Position numbers and translations under genes: made by a program
Origin: Chitinophagales bacterium
GTDB lineage: Bacteria; Bacteroidota; Bacteroidia; Chitinophagales; CAVYQA01
Direction of reading: 5' to 3'
NCBI GenBank assembly: GCA_963770495.1
Contig: CAVYQA010000005.1
Location: 70,479-134,478 of the forward strand
DNA length: 64,000 nt
Notes under the pieces: generated by a model
Told to the model about the DNA's origin: nothing
The model's database searches: none
Seen by the model: the letters and a program-made list of their open reading frames with translations, nothing else
Shown: in pieces, positions 17,182 through 27,056 of the stretch
Layout: every line of letters begins with the position of its first letter
How positions within the stretch are numbered: the first letter of the stretch is position 1

Positions 17182-18108
17182 TTAATTCATTCTACTCGCA
17201 AAATAGCAATGGGTTACTGCAACGTCTTCAATTGGAATATTTTTATATTTTTCATCCAATTTTAAGGCGGATAAAGACTTAATATCACCCCTTTTAACTT
17301 TTTCAATAGAGATAGGGATGTTCAACTGCTTATACAAATTCCGGAAGTCAGTTACCCTAAGGCGGTTTTGGGGTTGAATGGTATTATCAATCCATTGCCA
17401 TTGTTTATCCGAAAATTGAAGAAAGTTAAATGCGCTTATTGTTTTATCGAAATGTGAAAAATGATCGGACAGGTCAATGCTGTTAGATAGGGTACCATTT
17501 AACTTAATAATCCGTTTAAACTCTGTAAAAATGTCCGGTAATACCTTAGGATACACGTGTTCTAAGGTGTTATTAGATGTAATCAAATCAAAATAAGAGC
17601 CAGGCAATTCTGTGTGCCTTGCATCTTTTAAGAGATAAGTGAAATTAAGATTCGACATAACCTCATCTAAACTTAGCTTTTCATAATTATCATTTAAATA
17701 TTTCAGCTTTTCAATTCGTTGGGGATTGATTTTAATATAGTGATTTAAAGTACCGGAATTAAAAGCATCAATAAACTTTAAGATAGTAATATGAAGGGTA
17801 TTCTTACTCAATAGTTGCGAAATATCAACGGAATAAATTTTATCAGCGCCATACAGAAATAAACTTATCGAAACAACGGGATACCAGCCGGTGCCTAATT
17901 CAAACGTTGTATTCAATGTGGAATTACCTGATAATTGTTCGTAGCTCTCTATGTGTTCACGGGCATGGGTAAGCCGATCAATAAAATACTCATCGGTTAA
18001 ATAAACTCCTTTGGTCACATATTTCTGAAACAGGTAATTTATTTTATGTCCATACGGCAAATAAGAAATTGCTTTTTGAACAACCGCTTTTAAAATCCAT
18101 TTTTTCAT
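17182..18108 (-). CDS. Probable SAM-dependent methyltransferase
   Basis: 308 aa. FELGTGWYP (motif I-like) and DLITSNNTLEHV. The gene is AT-rich. Confidence 0.6.
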   Translation of the reverse strand: MKKWILKAVVQKAISYLPYGHKINYLFQKYVTKGVYLTDEYFIDRLTHAREHIESYEQLSGNSTLNTTFELGTGWYPVVSISLFLYGADKIYSVDISQLLSKNTLHITILKFIDAFNSGTLNHYIKINPQRIEKLKYLNDNYEKLSLDEVMSNLNFTYLLKDARHTELPGSYFDLITSNNTLEHVYPKVLPDIFTEFKRIIKLNGTLSNSIDLSDHFSHFDKTISAFNFLQFSDKQWQWIDNTIQPQNRLRVTDFRNLYKQLNIPISIEKVKRGDIKSLSALKLDEKYKNIPIEDVAVTHCYFASRMN

Positions 18109-18178
18109 TAAGGTAAAAGTAAAAATACTTTACTATAATAAACCAATTGAAATTTATATCTTGTTAAAAATTTAATTT

Positions 18179-18373
18179 ATGCGAAAACGATTTCTTCGTA
18201 TTCTTATCGTAGGCATTCTTATTGCTTTATTGTCTGCCTACAATTATAGCCATCTTAGCGGTACAGAAAATATTCATGCCATACATATAGTCACTTTACT
18301 GGTTTGCGGAATGGGAATCGGGATGTTTCTTATAAGTATTTCAGGGTTATTCTTCTGGAAAAACGATAAATAG
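18179..18373 (+). CDS. Small membrane protein (2 TM), unknown function
   Basis: 64-aa ORF with two hydrophobic helices. There is no other support. Confidence 0.35.
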   Translation: MRKRFLRILIVGILIALLSAYNYSHLSGTENIHAIHIVTLLVCGMGIGMFLISISGLFFWKNDK

Positions 18374-18496
18374 ATTTTTTTCTCTCTCTATTATACATTG
18401 TAAAACTGTATCTTAAAATAAAAGGTATAGTATTTGCATGGATATTATTATCAAGGTATATTGGCTGTTCTTTTGCGTGTCATTAAAACTATTTTT

Positions 18497-19690
18497 ATGA
18501 ATAATGATATTGATTACGTAATAAATTCTAAAGATTATAAACGTTGTCTTAACTATATTGAAAAGTACTGGAGTAAGATAACATGTTACACTCCCCATGA
18601 CCATTTTAAACAATTAGGCGTTCCTCATCCCTATATTTCTCCTAATAACGACATATTTAAAGATGACCTCTTTTACTGGGATTCATTTTTTACAATTCTT
18701 GGCTTGGTAAAATGCGGCAGGGTTGAATTGGCAAGGGGCATGGTGGATGACCTGCTTTCGTTGCAAAAGAGATTCAATATTATACCTATGCGCAACAGGT
18801 ATTATAACCTGGGCAGTTCACAAATACCGTTTTTAACTTCAATGGCAAATGAGGTTTATAATGTTACTAAGGACTTAAAATGGTTTAAGAATGTGCTGAA
18901 ATGTGCCGAATATGAATTGCTCGATTACTGGATGAATAAATCACTCACTGAAATTCACATTGTTTACAAGGGTTTATCGCGCTATTGCAATCATTTTATA
19001 ACACATCTTGCAGCCGAACATGAATCAGGCTGGGACATGACTTCACGGTTTAAAGAACGCTGCCTTGATTTTTTACCCGTTGATCTTAATTGTTGCCTGT
19101 ATAAGTATGAAACCGATCTTGCCGACTTTTATAAATTAATCAACAATAAAAAAAAACACGAACATTACTTGGTAGCATCTGAAAAGAGAAGAAAAACGAT
19201 AAATGAATTAATGTGGAATTTTAAAAGCGGATTCTATTTCGATTATGATTATAAACATAAAAAACGAAGCAGCTTTTTTTCAATAGCCGGCTTTTATCCC
19301 TTGTGGGCTAAGCTTGCAACACATGAGCAGGCAAGAAAGATTTGCGATAATTTAAAACGCTTCGAATATAACGGCGGACTTGCCAATACCCAATCAAAAG
19401 GTCTGTCTAATGAATATAAACAGCACGATTACCCTAACGGCTGGCCACAACAACAATGGATTGTTATTAAGGGATTAATGAACTATGGGTTAGAAAGTGA
19501 TGCCTATCGCCTGGTGAAAAAATTCCTCGATTTGAATAGTACAATTTTTAAAAAGACAGGTAAGCTTTGGGAAAAATACGATGTGGTAAAGTGTACCACA
19601 GGAGAATCAGAACGTTACCCCACACAATCAGGTTTTGCGTGGACTAATGCAATTTTTATACGATTGCTTAATAAATTTTCTAAAAAGTAA
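18497..19690 (+). CDS. Trehalase (glycoside hydrolase family 37-like)
   Basis: LFYWDSFF and QSGFAWTNAIF resemble the two GH37 trehalase signatures. The start is set at ATG 18497, because the longer ORF opens from TTG. Confidence 0.75.
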   Translation: MNNDIDYVINSKDYKRCLNYIEKYWSKITCYTPHDHFKQLGVPHPYISPNNDIFKDDLFYWDSFFTILGLVKCGRVELARGMVDDLLSLQKRFNIIPMRNRYYNLGSSQIPFLTSMANEVYNVTKDLKWFKNVLKCAEYELLDYWMNKSLTEIHIVYKGLSRYCNHFITHLAAEHESGWDMTSRFKERCLDFLPVDLNCCLYKYETDLADFYKLINNKKKHEHYLVASEKRRKTINELMWNFKSGFYFDYDYKHKKRSSFFSIAGFYPLWAKLATHEQARKICDNLKRFEYNGGLANTQSKGLSNEYKQHDYPNGWPQQQWIVIKGLMNYGLESDAYRLVKKFLDLNSTIFKKTGKLWEKYDVVKCTTGESERYPTQSGFAWTNAIFIRLLNKFSKK

Positions 19691-19694
19691 TCCT

Positions 19695-21885
19695 ATGCGG
19701 TTAATAATCGTTTCAAATAGGGCACCTGTAAATATTGTAAAAAATAACGGTGAATTCCATTATGAAGAAAGTTCGGGCGGGCTTGCATCAGGATTACGCG
19801 CTTTTATTGAACGAAAGAAAAAGGATACGGCATCACCAATGGAAATTATATGGATTGGATGGCCCGGCGCTGATGTTGAAGATAGGGAAAAGGTTGGAAG
19901 AGATATAGAAAGGCAATTTGGCGTTAGGTGTGTTTTTTTATCGGATGAGGTTATGGAAAAATTTTACGAAGGCTTTTGCAATAAAACTATTTGGCCGCTT
20001 TTTCACTATTTCCCCGACTATGCTGTATATAATAAAGAATTTTGGGAGCAATATATTTCGGTAAACGGTTTTTTTTGTAAAGCCGTACTCGATATATTGC
20101 AGCCGGGTGATGTGGTGTGGATACACGATTACCACCTGATGTTGCTTCCGGGTATGATACGTGATAAAATGCCCGATGTGGCAATTGGTTTCTTTTTGCA
20201 TATTCCTTTTCCGTCTTATGAAGTGTATCGTATGTTGCCAAGTATTTGGAGAAAGAAAATAATAGAAGGATTATATGGCGCTGACCTTATTGGGTTTCAC
20301 ACCCATGATTACCGAACTTATTTTTTGCGAAGCACCTTGCGTATTCTTGGTTTAGACGACAATATGGGCGATGTTATTTACAATAACAGGTTAGTAAAGG
20401 TGGAATCATTTCCTATGGGCATTGATTACCAAAAATATCATGATGCTGTGAATGATATAAAGTTAATTGAAGAAAAAAACAAGCTTAAACAAAATTTAGG
20501 GGCGTTTAAACTTATTCTTTCAATTGACAGGCAGGATTATACGAAAGGCATATTAAACCGGCTTAGCGGGTATGAGTTGTTTCTGGAAAACTATCCGCAA
20601 TGGCGCCAGAAAGTAGTAATGACTATGGTTATTATTCCAAGCCGTAGTTCAATTGACCAATACCAACTGACAAAGAGCCAAATTGACGAACAGGTGGGAA
20701 GAATAAACGGCAAGTACGGGAATTTGGAATGGACACCCATTGTTTACCAGTATCGCTCATTATCATTCCAGGAATTGATAGCCATGTATAGTTTAAGCGA
20801 TGTGGCATTAGTTACGCCTTTACGCGATGGAATGAATTTAATTGCTAAAGAATTTATAGCGTCTAAAACCGATAAACACGGTGTGCTTATACTAAGTGAA
20901 CTGGCGGGTGCCTCTGATGAACTGTCAGAATCAATAATTATAAACCCGAATAATATTGAAGAGATAGCCGATGCGCTTTTCGAGGCATTGGAAATGACCG
21001 GTGAGGAACAGGCATTGCGGCTTGATATCATGCAAAAACGGTTAATCAATTATGATGTTTTTAATTGGGTTAGTGAATTCTTAGATGTACTTGATAAAGT
21101 GAAAAGGAAGCAGGGCAGGTTAAAAGCACGAATGTTGAATCTTTTTACAAAACTGAAAATGATATTAAAATTTAAAATAGCTAAGCAAAAATTGCTGTTA
21201 CTTGATTATGATGGCACTTTGATTCCATTTTCTAAAAAACACTAGGACGCCAAACCGGGTAAAGATGTAATAGATACCTTATCAAAATTAACCTCAAAAA
21301 ATAATGTGCGCGTTGTATTAATAAGCGGAAGGGATAAGTATACATTGGAAGAATGGTTTGGTCAACTGCCTATTGATCTTGTTTCCGAGCACGGGATAAT
21401 GATAAAAGAAAAAGGTAAAGAATGGCAAATGCTAAAACCTGTAAGAGACGGCTGGAAAAAAAAGATAATACCGATAATGGACCAATTATGTGGAAAAATT
21501 GCCCGGCTCTTATATAGAGGAAAAAGAATATTCTGTTGCCTTTCATTACCGCGCAACTGATAAGCACTTAGCCGAATTTCGCGTGAAAGAGTTAATGGGG
21601 CAACTGGTAAATTTTACGTCAAATCTTGATTTGCAGGTTTTACAGGGAGATATGGTGCTTGAAATGCGAAATGCCGGTGTGGATAAAGGCATTGCTGCCA
21701 TGCATTGGCTGCAACAAAATAAAGCTGATTTTATTTTATCAATTGGCGACGACTGGACTGATGAAGACCTTTTCAGAGTTTTGCCTGAACGCGCCTATTC
21801 TATTAAAGTGGGTACAAAACCATCTTTCGCTAAATATAACGTTACCAGCCCTTCCGAGGTTTTAAGCTTGTTAAACAGGCTATAA
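19695..21885 (+). pseudogene. otsA: Bifunctional trehalose-6-phosphate synthase/phosphatase (OtsA-OtsB fusion) with a disrupted phosphatase half
   Basis: The GT20 synthase part (MRLIIVSNRAP..., 19695-21242) is intact. The HAD motif I LLDYDGTL is followed by an in-frame TAG at 21243-21245. The frame continues (VVLISGRD...), then shifts near 21480-21489 into the 21490-21885 ORF (PGSYIEEKEYSVAFHYR, GDDWTDEDLF). Confidence 0.8.
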
Positions 21886-21984
21886 AAACCATTAATAATT
21901 TTATAAAGCTTCCAATCGCCTTATAATTTATTGTAATTCTTAAAAGGTTTAATCACCTCATAAAAAAATATATAGTATAAATGT

Positions 21985-22016
21985 TTTGAAATATGATAGG
22001 GATTAATTTAAATTTG
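21985..22016 (+). promoter_or_regulatory. Putative Bacteroidota promoter of the PUR-like gene
   Basis: TTTG at 21985-21988, a 20-nt spacer, then TAAATTTG at 22009-22016. This lies about 55 nt upstream of the GTG at 22072. Confidence 0.3.
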
Positions 22017-22071
22017 TTGTATATAGCCATGTCAGAGGCTTGTTTTTATGGTAACTAAAACTAATATTTAA

Positions 22072-22539
22072 GTGGAGAACGAAAATCAACAACGGAAAAA
22101 CGACAGTGTTTTTTCAAAGAAAATCAGGGCCGGGCGACGTCGTACCTATTTTTTCGACATAAAGGCTACTAAGGCTAATGATTACTATCTCACTATCACA
22201 GAGAGCAAGAAAAAACCGAACGATGAGGGATATGAGCGGCACAAGATTTTCCTCTATAAAGAAGACTTTAACAAATTTATAGAGGCGGTTAACGAAACCA
22301 TTAACCACGTTAAAACCGAGTTGATGCCGGAATATGACTTTGATGAATTTGACCGTAAACAGGAAGAGTATTATAAAATGCGAGCTGCTGAAAATGAAGC
22401 CCAGCCCACGGATGAACCATCTTCTCCTGCTCCTTCAACCGGTGAACTTCCTTCCGATGTTCCTTCAATTGAAAAGCCGGAAAATAAATCCGGTGAAGGC
22501 GAAGACCATGAGCATAAAGATGATGTTGATGCTTGGTAA
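22072..22539 (+). CDS. PUR-alpha-like nucleic-acid-binding protein (DUF3276 type) with an acidic, Pro-rich tail
   Basis: FSKKIRAGRRRTYFFDIKATKANDYYLTITESKK and HKIFLYKEDF match the PUR-repeat pattern of Bacteroidota DUF3276 proteins. The start is GTG. Confidence 0.7.
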   Translation: MENENQQRKNDSVFSKKIRAGRRRTYFFDIKATKANDYYLTITESKKKPNDEGYERHKIFLYKEDFNKFIEAVNETINHVKTELMPEYDFDEFDRKQEEYYKMRAAENEAQPTDEPSSPAPSTGELPSDVPSIEKPENKSGEGEDHEHKDDVDAW

Positions 22540-22713
22540 AAATAGTATATGTGTTGCTTAAAACTCAGTCTTGAATATGCCTATTTTAATTAGCAATTTT
22601 CTTCAGAATTTATAAGACTTGGCAATGAACTTATCCACACCTAAAATAGTGCATTAAATATTATGTTATCTCGTAAATTCTCTCTATAATTAAACTTCAA
22701 AAAAATTTAAACT

Positions 22714-23034
22714 ATGGCTAAAAAAACAAAATCATCGGCAAAGCCGAAAAAAAAGGCAGCAAAATCTAAAGCTGCATCGAAAAGAAAACCTAACGCCGCT
22801 TTCATGAAACCCATGAACATTGGCGCAGCACTCCAACCTATTGTTGGCAGTAAGCCGCTCCCACGCACTGAAGTGGTAAAAAAATTGTGGGAATACATCA
22901 AGAAAAACAAACTGCAGGATGCCAAGGAAAGACGCAACATCAATGCAGATGAAAACCTCAAGAAAGTGTTTGGCGGAAAAAAGACTGTAAGCATGTTTGA
23001 AATGACAAAGCTTGTTAGCTCTCATCTCTCCTGA
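22714..23034 (+). CDS. SWIB/MDM2-domain protein with a Lys-rich N-terminal tail
   Basis: The core is PLPRTEVVKKLWEYIKKNKLQDAKERRNINADENLKKVFG...SMFEMTKLV. The N-terminus AKKTKSSAKPKKKAAKSKAASKRK is histone-H1-like. Confidence 0.8.
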   Translation: MAKKTKSSAKPKKKAAKSKAASKRKPNAAFMKPMNIGAALQPIVGSKPLPRTEVVKKLWEYIKKNKLQDAKERRNINADENLKKVFGGKKTVSMFEMTKLVSSHLS

Positions 23035-23050
23035 TTCTCTTTTCGTAATT

Positions 23051-23081
23051 AAACGCTCCGATTTATCGGGGCGTTTTTTTT
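23051..23081 (+). terminator. Rho-independent terminator after the SWIB gene
   Basis: AAACGCTCCGAT-TT-ATCGGGGCGTT stem-loop followed by a T9 run (23073-23081). It begins 17 nt after the stop. Confidence 0.7.
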
Positions 23082-23108
23082 GTACATAGTTTATAGAATA
23101 AAAACTGT

Positions 23109-23987
23109 TTAATTTACAGAAAGAGGGGAATACTCTTCTATAGCTTTTGCTATATTTTCCATTTGCCATAATGGAGTAGAAGTGGCGCCGCAAATACCAA
23201 CGGAGTTCGCCTTGGCGAACCATTCAGGTTTTAAGTCTGTAACTTCTGAAACAAAGTAAGAATTGGCATTTACTTCCTTGCACACCTGGTAAAGCACTTT
23301 CCCGTTAGAGCTTTTTTTACCACTCACAAAAATAACGATGTCATGCTTTAAAGAAAATTCACGCAGTTGCGGTTCCCGGTTTGAAACCTGGCGGCATATG
23401 GTATCGTTGGCATCCACGTAAGTATTGCCGGCAGCGGCGGCTCGCTGTTCTATCAGTGTTTTTATCGTATAAAATTTATCTGTGCTTTTAGTGGTTTGCG
23501 AAAACAAAACGATTGGCTTTGTATAATCTATTTTGTCTAAATCTTCCTCAATAGTAACCACAATAGCGTTTTGTTCAGTCTGTCCAAGAAGCCCATTTAC
23601 TTCAGCGTGTCCCGGAATGCCATAAATCACTATCTGTGCCTCACCGGGATGATTATCATAAGCTGTTTTTACACGGTATTGTAATTTTAGTACCACAGGG
23701 CAGGAGGCATCAAGCAATTCTATATTATTTTCTAACGCGGTAACATAGGTTTCAGGTGGTTCGCCATGCGCCCTGATAAGAACTTTACAATCACGCAGGT
23801 TTTTTAAATCCTCATGAGTAATTATACGAAGCCCTTTTTTAGCGAGACGCTTTACTTCAATATCATTATGGACAATATCTCCAAGACAATAAAGCGTTCC
23901 GCCTCCGTTAAGCTCATCTTCTGCCATTTGAATGGCATAAACTACTCCAAAACAAAAACCGGAATGTTCATCAATTTTAATGGTCAT
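23109..23987 (-). CDS. ispH: 4-hydroxy-3-methylbut-2-enyl diphosphate reductase
   Basis: HSGFCFGVVYAI, IVHN, DASCPVV, and ICRQV with the conserved Cys triad. Confidence 0.93.
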   Translation of the reverse strand: MTIKIDEHSGFCFGVVYAIQMAEDELNGGGTLYCLGDIVHNDIEVKRLAKKGLRIITHEDLKNLRDCKVLIRAHGEPPETYVTALENNIELLDASCPVVLKLQYRVKTAYDNHPGEAQIVIYGIPGHAEVNGLLGQTEQNAIVVTIEEDLDKIDYTKPIVLFSQTTKSTDKFYTIKTLIEQRAAAAGNTYVDANDTICRQVSNREPQLREFSLKHDIVIFVSGKKSSNGKVLYQVCKEVNANSYFVSEVTDLKPEWFAKANSVGICGATSTPLWQMENIAKAIEEYSPLSVN

Positions 23988-24025
23988 CTAAAAACTAAAT
24001 TAGCTATTAGCTATTGCAAAGGTAA

Positions 24026-24715
24026 TCAATTTGCTGCGTTAATTTTTTCCTCCGCCATTTTTAGGGCTATAAGTAATTGACTTTCCGTGTCAAGCAGTGT
24101 ATTGTCGAGCACTTCAGCATCATTGGCTTTTCGTAACGGGTTATAAGCACGGTGCGAGTCTTCATAATCGCGGTCCTCTATATTTCTCTTTACTTCTTCC
24201 AGGGTAATTTTTTTACCGGCAAGGTGTAATTCTTCATAACGCCGGTGTGCGCGTACATTAATTTCTGCCTGTAAGTATATCTTAAATTCAGCGTTTGGAA
24301 ACACTACAGTTCCAATATCACGCCCGTCCATCACTATGCCCTTATTTTTACCAAATTCCTGTTGTAGGTTCACTAAAAAATCACGTACAACAGGAATAGT
24401 ACTTACCTCACTCACACGCTCCGAAACTTTCATATCTCTTATTTTCTCCTCTACATTCTTTCCATTAAGATAGGTTTCCTGTTTCCCGGTTTCTTCATTA
24501 TATACAAAACTGATGAAAATCTTTTTAAGAGCTTCTCTAACTGCATTTATATCAGGAATAGCAATAGAGTTATCCATAAGATATAAAGTTACGGCGCGAT
24601 ACATAGCACCTGAATCTATATAAGTATAATTTAATGCAGAGGCAAGCTGGCGGGCAAGTGTGGATTTACCGCAAGATGAAAAACCGTCAATAGCAATAAT
24701 AATTTTTTTCCCCAT
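24026..24715 (-). CDS. cmk: (d)CMP kinase
   Basis: IIAIDGFSSCGKST P-loop, YIDSGAMYRA, and MDGRDIGTVVFPNA. Confidence 0.92.
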   Translation of the reverse strand: MGKKIIIAIDGFSSCGKSTLARQLASALNYTYIDSGAMYRAVTLYLMDNSIAIPDINAVREALKKIFISFVYNEETGKQETYLNGKNVEEKIRDMKVSERVSEVSTIPVVRDFLVNLQQEFGKNKGIVMDGRDIGTVVFPNAEFKIYLQAEINVRAHRRYEELHLAGKKITLEEVKRNIEDRDYEDSHRAYNPLRKANDAEVLDNTLLDTESQLLIALKMAEEKINAAN

Positions 24716-24754
24716 CCCGATAAAAATAGAAAAAAAACATATAAAAATATAAAA

Positions 24755-25867
24755 TTAAGAGGAAGGTGGATGTTGTCCTTTATGAAACCAGCCTCCAATA
24801 TCAATATCTAAAGAAAAATTATTAATTCCCCCGGCAACATCATAAACAGAATGGGAATAATTAATAGAGAACTTGTTTATTTTAACTCCGGCTCCAATGC
24901 TGTATCCTGCAAGTCCAGGCTTACCGCTAAAAGCAAGTTCCTGCCTGCGAAGATCATTGTATGATGCTTCAATCATTAAATGTTTACCGAGCGTCAATTC
25001 GCCCCCGATAATAAAGTGCCTGAAAATGTTGTCAAACGTAGTATTCTGTTTAGCCGGGGTGGTATCACCAAAAACATTATTCTGCGTTTGCAGGGCTGAA
25101 TCGTTATAGCGGATATTAAACGTTTCCAGGTGTTGGACAGTTACGAAAATCCGTAATGGTAAATGTTTAAGGGCTTTTGATATGCCAAAATCAATTTCAA
25201 ACGGCAAGGGTTCATTAGTTCCTGAAACGTATGTTGTTAATTGCGTACCTATATTTCTAAAAACAAGTCCTGCGTTGAGCAAATTTGCCGTGTCGGTATA
25301 TGCCCCGCCAATATCAGCGGCTATTCCTGTTGAAGTGTAGGACTCAAGATCAGAATATATATATTTAAAATTTACACCATAGCTAAATTTTTTATGATAC
25401 GTTCTTGAACCGCCAATATAAAATGTATACTCATCAGCCCTGAACGTTCCCAAACTGGCGCCTGTGACATCTGTAGCGGCAAAGTCGCCATAGTCTATGT
25501 ATTGAATTCCCGCATAAAAGGTACCAATACTGTCCCACGCATGTGCGTAAGAGCCATTACCATAATTGATGCCGGCAAGATAGCTTACAGTATTTAATGA
25601 AGCCCTGTCGCTCATTTGCGGATTTAATAGCGCAGGATTGTCAAATGCAGGAGAAATATCATTATCTGCGTAAGCCACCTCTAAGCCGCCAAGTGCTGAA
25701 ATTCGCGCAGAAGGGCTTAACGCTAAAAAATCATATGTGCCGGTCCCACCGATTTGAGCGAAAGAAGAATTAGCCGATATAAAAATAATAAGAAACGAAA
25801 ACCGGAACTTATAAGCCAATCCTAAAGAGTATAACTTTTTCAAATTAAAAACTTTTAAATCTTTCAA
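24755..25867 (-). CDS. porQ: PorQ-like type IX secretion outer-membrane beta-barrel protein
   Basis: Signal peptide, then GGTGTYDFLALSPSARISALGG, typical of PorQ. The rest shows an alternating beta-strand pattern. Confidence 0.55.
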   Translation of the reverse strand: MKDLKVFNLKKLYSLGLAYKFRFSFLIIFISANSSFAQIGGTGTYDFLALSPSARISALGGLEVAYADNDISPAFDNPALLNPQMSDRASLNTVSYLAGINYGNGSYAHAWDSIGTFYAGIQYIDYGDFAATDVTGASLGTFRADEYTFYIGGSRTYHKKFSYGVNFKYIYSDLESYTSTGIAADIGGAYTDTANLLNAGLVFRNIGTQLTTYVSGTNEPLPFEIDFGISKALKHLPLRIFVTVQHLETFNIRYNDSALQTQNNVFGDTTPAKQNTTFDNIFRHFIIGGELTLGKHLMIEASYNDLRRQELAFSGKPGLAGYSIGAGVKINKFSINYSHSVYDVAGGINNFSLDIDIGGWFHKGQHPPSS

Positions 25868-25891
25868 ACGTCAATTCACGGAATTTAGTAT

Positions 25892-27037
25892 TTATTGTAT
25901 TAAACTCGCTAATGCATTTTCAAGCTCTTCACCGTGCAAGTTAATAGCTACCACCTTTCCCTGCGGGTCAAGTAAAAAATTATGCGGAATTTCGGTCAAA
26001 TGGAATTGTGATACCACTTTGGAGTCCCATCTTTTCAATTCACTCACCTGAGCAGGCCATGAGAGCTTATCATATGAAATGGCATTTATCCAATGGTCTT
26101 TATTATCGTCCAGCGAAACACTGTATATCGTGAATCCCTTATCCTTATAGGCATTATACACTTTAACAATGCCGGGGTTTTCCTGCCTGCAATCAGGGCA
26201 CCACGATGCCCAAAAATCAAGTAACACATATTTTCCCCGTAACGATGACAGCGAAATTATTTTTCCATCGGGATTGGTCAGGGAAATATCAGGCACCTTG
26301 TCGCCAATCTTAAAAATACTTGCATTATTGGTTTCAATTTGCTCTTCCTTCTGGTGAAGAAAATCGGCGTAATCTTTTACAAATAGATTATCAGGATATT
26401 GCTTTAGCAATCTATTAGCTAGTTTTTCAAACTTTTCAAGGCTACCTGAAACAGTATAATTGCTAATCACGAAAATAGGCAACACCGGGTCTTTTACCGT
26501 ATCAATAAAGTTATTTGCATAAAGTTGTATACTCGCCTCAATTGATAATATTTCCTGCAGCGTTTCATTGTTTTGTTTGACTGAAGAGGAATCGGTGCCC
26601 TTTTGCAGGATAAATTCCCCCCTCAGCTCTAATATTTTTTTTTCTCGCCCGACGATAGTATCTAAAAAGCCTTTCAGTTCTGAGGAAGGGCGGGAACCGC
26701 TTACGCTATAGTCTTCTAATGAATCTAAATTAATATCTACTTTAACAGGTACATTTTGCATAACAAGATAAATAAATTTATCGGCTGTAAACCTTAGGCG
26801 ATATAATCCTTCACCCTTCACAAACCCTTTCATTTTAAATGAACCGTCTGTAGAAATATCTGCTGTATCTATTACAGTTGGATTGGTTGCGGTCAGTTGC
26901 TCCAGGTAAGCTTTTTTTATTGACGGGTTAAGTCCTTTTGTTATTCTGCCGTCAATGGTATATCCTTTAAAATTGTTACAAGCCGGTAGCAACAGCCCCA
27001 GTATACTAATACAGCCAATGACTTTTCGAATTTTCAT
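25892..27037 (-). CDS. TlpA-family thiol:disulfide oxidoreductase lipoprotein
   Basis: The C-terminal thioredoxin fold carries FWASWCPDC, and the N-terminus has a lipoprotein signal. Confidence 0.8.
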   Translation of the reverse strand: MKIRKVIGCISILGLLLPACNNFKGYTIDGRITKGLNPSIKKAYLEQLTATNPTVIDTADISTDGSFKMKGFVKGEGLYRLRFTADKFIYLVMQNVPVKVDINLDSLEDYSVSGSRPSSELKGFLDTIVGREKKILELRGEFILQKGTDSSSVKQNNETLQEILSIEASIQLYANNFIDTVKDPVLPIFVISNYTVSGSLEKFEKLANRLLKQYPDNLFVKDYADFLHQKEEQIETNNASIFKIGDKVPDISLTNPDGKIISLSSLRGKYVLLDFWASWCPDCRQENPGIVKVYNAYKDKGFTIYSVSLDDNKDHWINAISYDKLSWPAQVSELKRWDSKVVSQFHLTEIPHNFLLDPQGKVVAINLHGEELENALASLIQ

Positions 27038-27056
27038 ACTTTATAATTATTACTAT

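Noticed and set aside
18421-18481. AAGGTATA repeated at 18421 and 18471 upstream of the trehalase gene, and a GGTATATTG 9-mer shared with 8552-8560.
   Set aside because: These are short AT-rich matches close to chance expectation for a 128-kb two-strand search space. There is no dyad symmetry or extended alignment.
21243-21245. The in-frame TAG in otsA-otsB as programmed recoding (pyrrolysine or readthrough).
   Set aside because: No Pyl machinery is visible or expected in this lineage. A second lesion (a frameshift about 240 nt downstream) in the same domain points to decay or sequencing error rather than recoding.
22631-22639. Perfect DnaA box TTATCCACA in the PUR-SWIB intergenic region, plus a near-box TTATCCGCC at 10355-10363.
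   Set aside because: It is a single isolated box with no cluster, no adjacent AT-rich unwinding element and no dnaA or dnaN nearby. About 0.5 occurrences are expected by chance in 64 kb on both strands.
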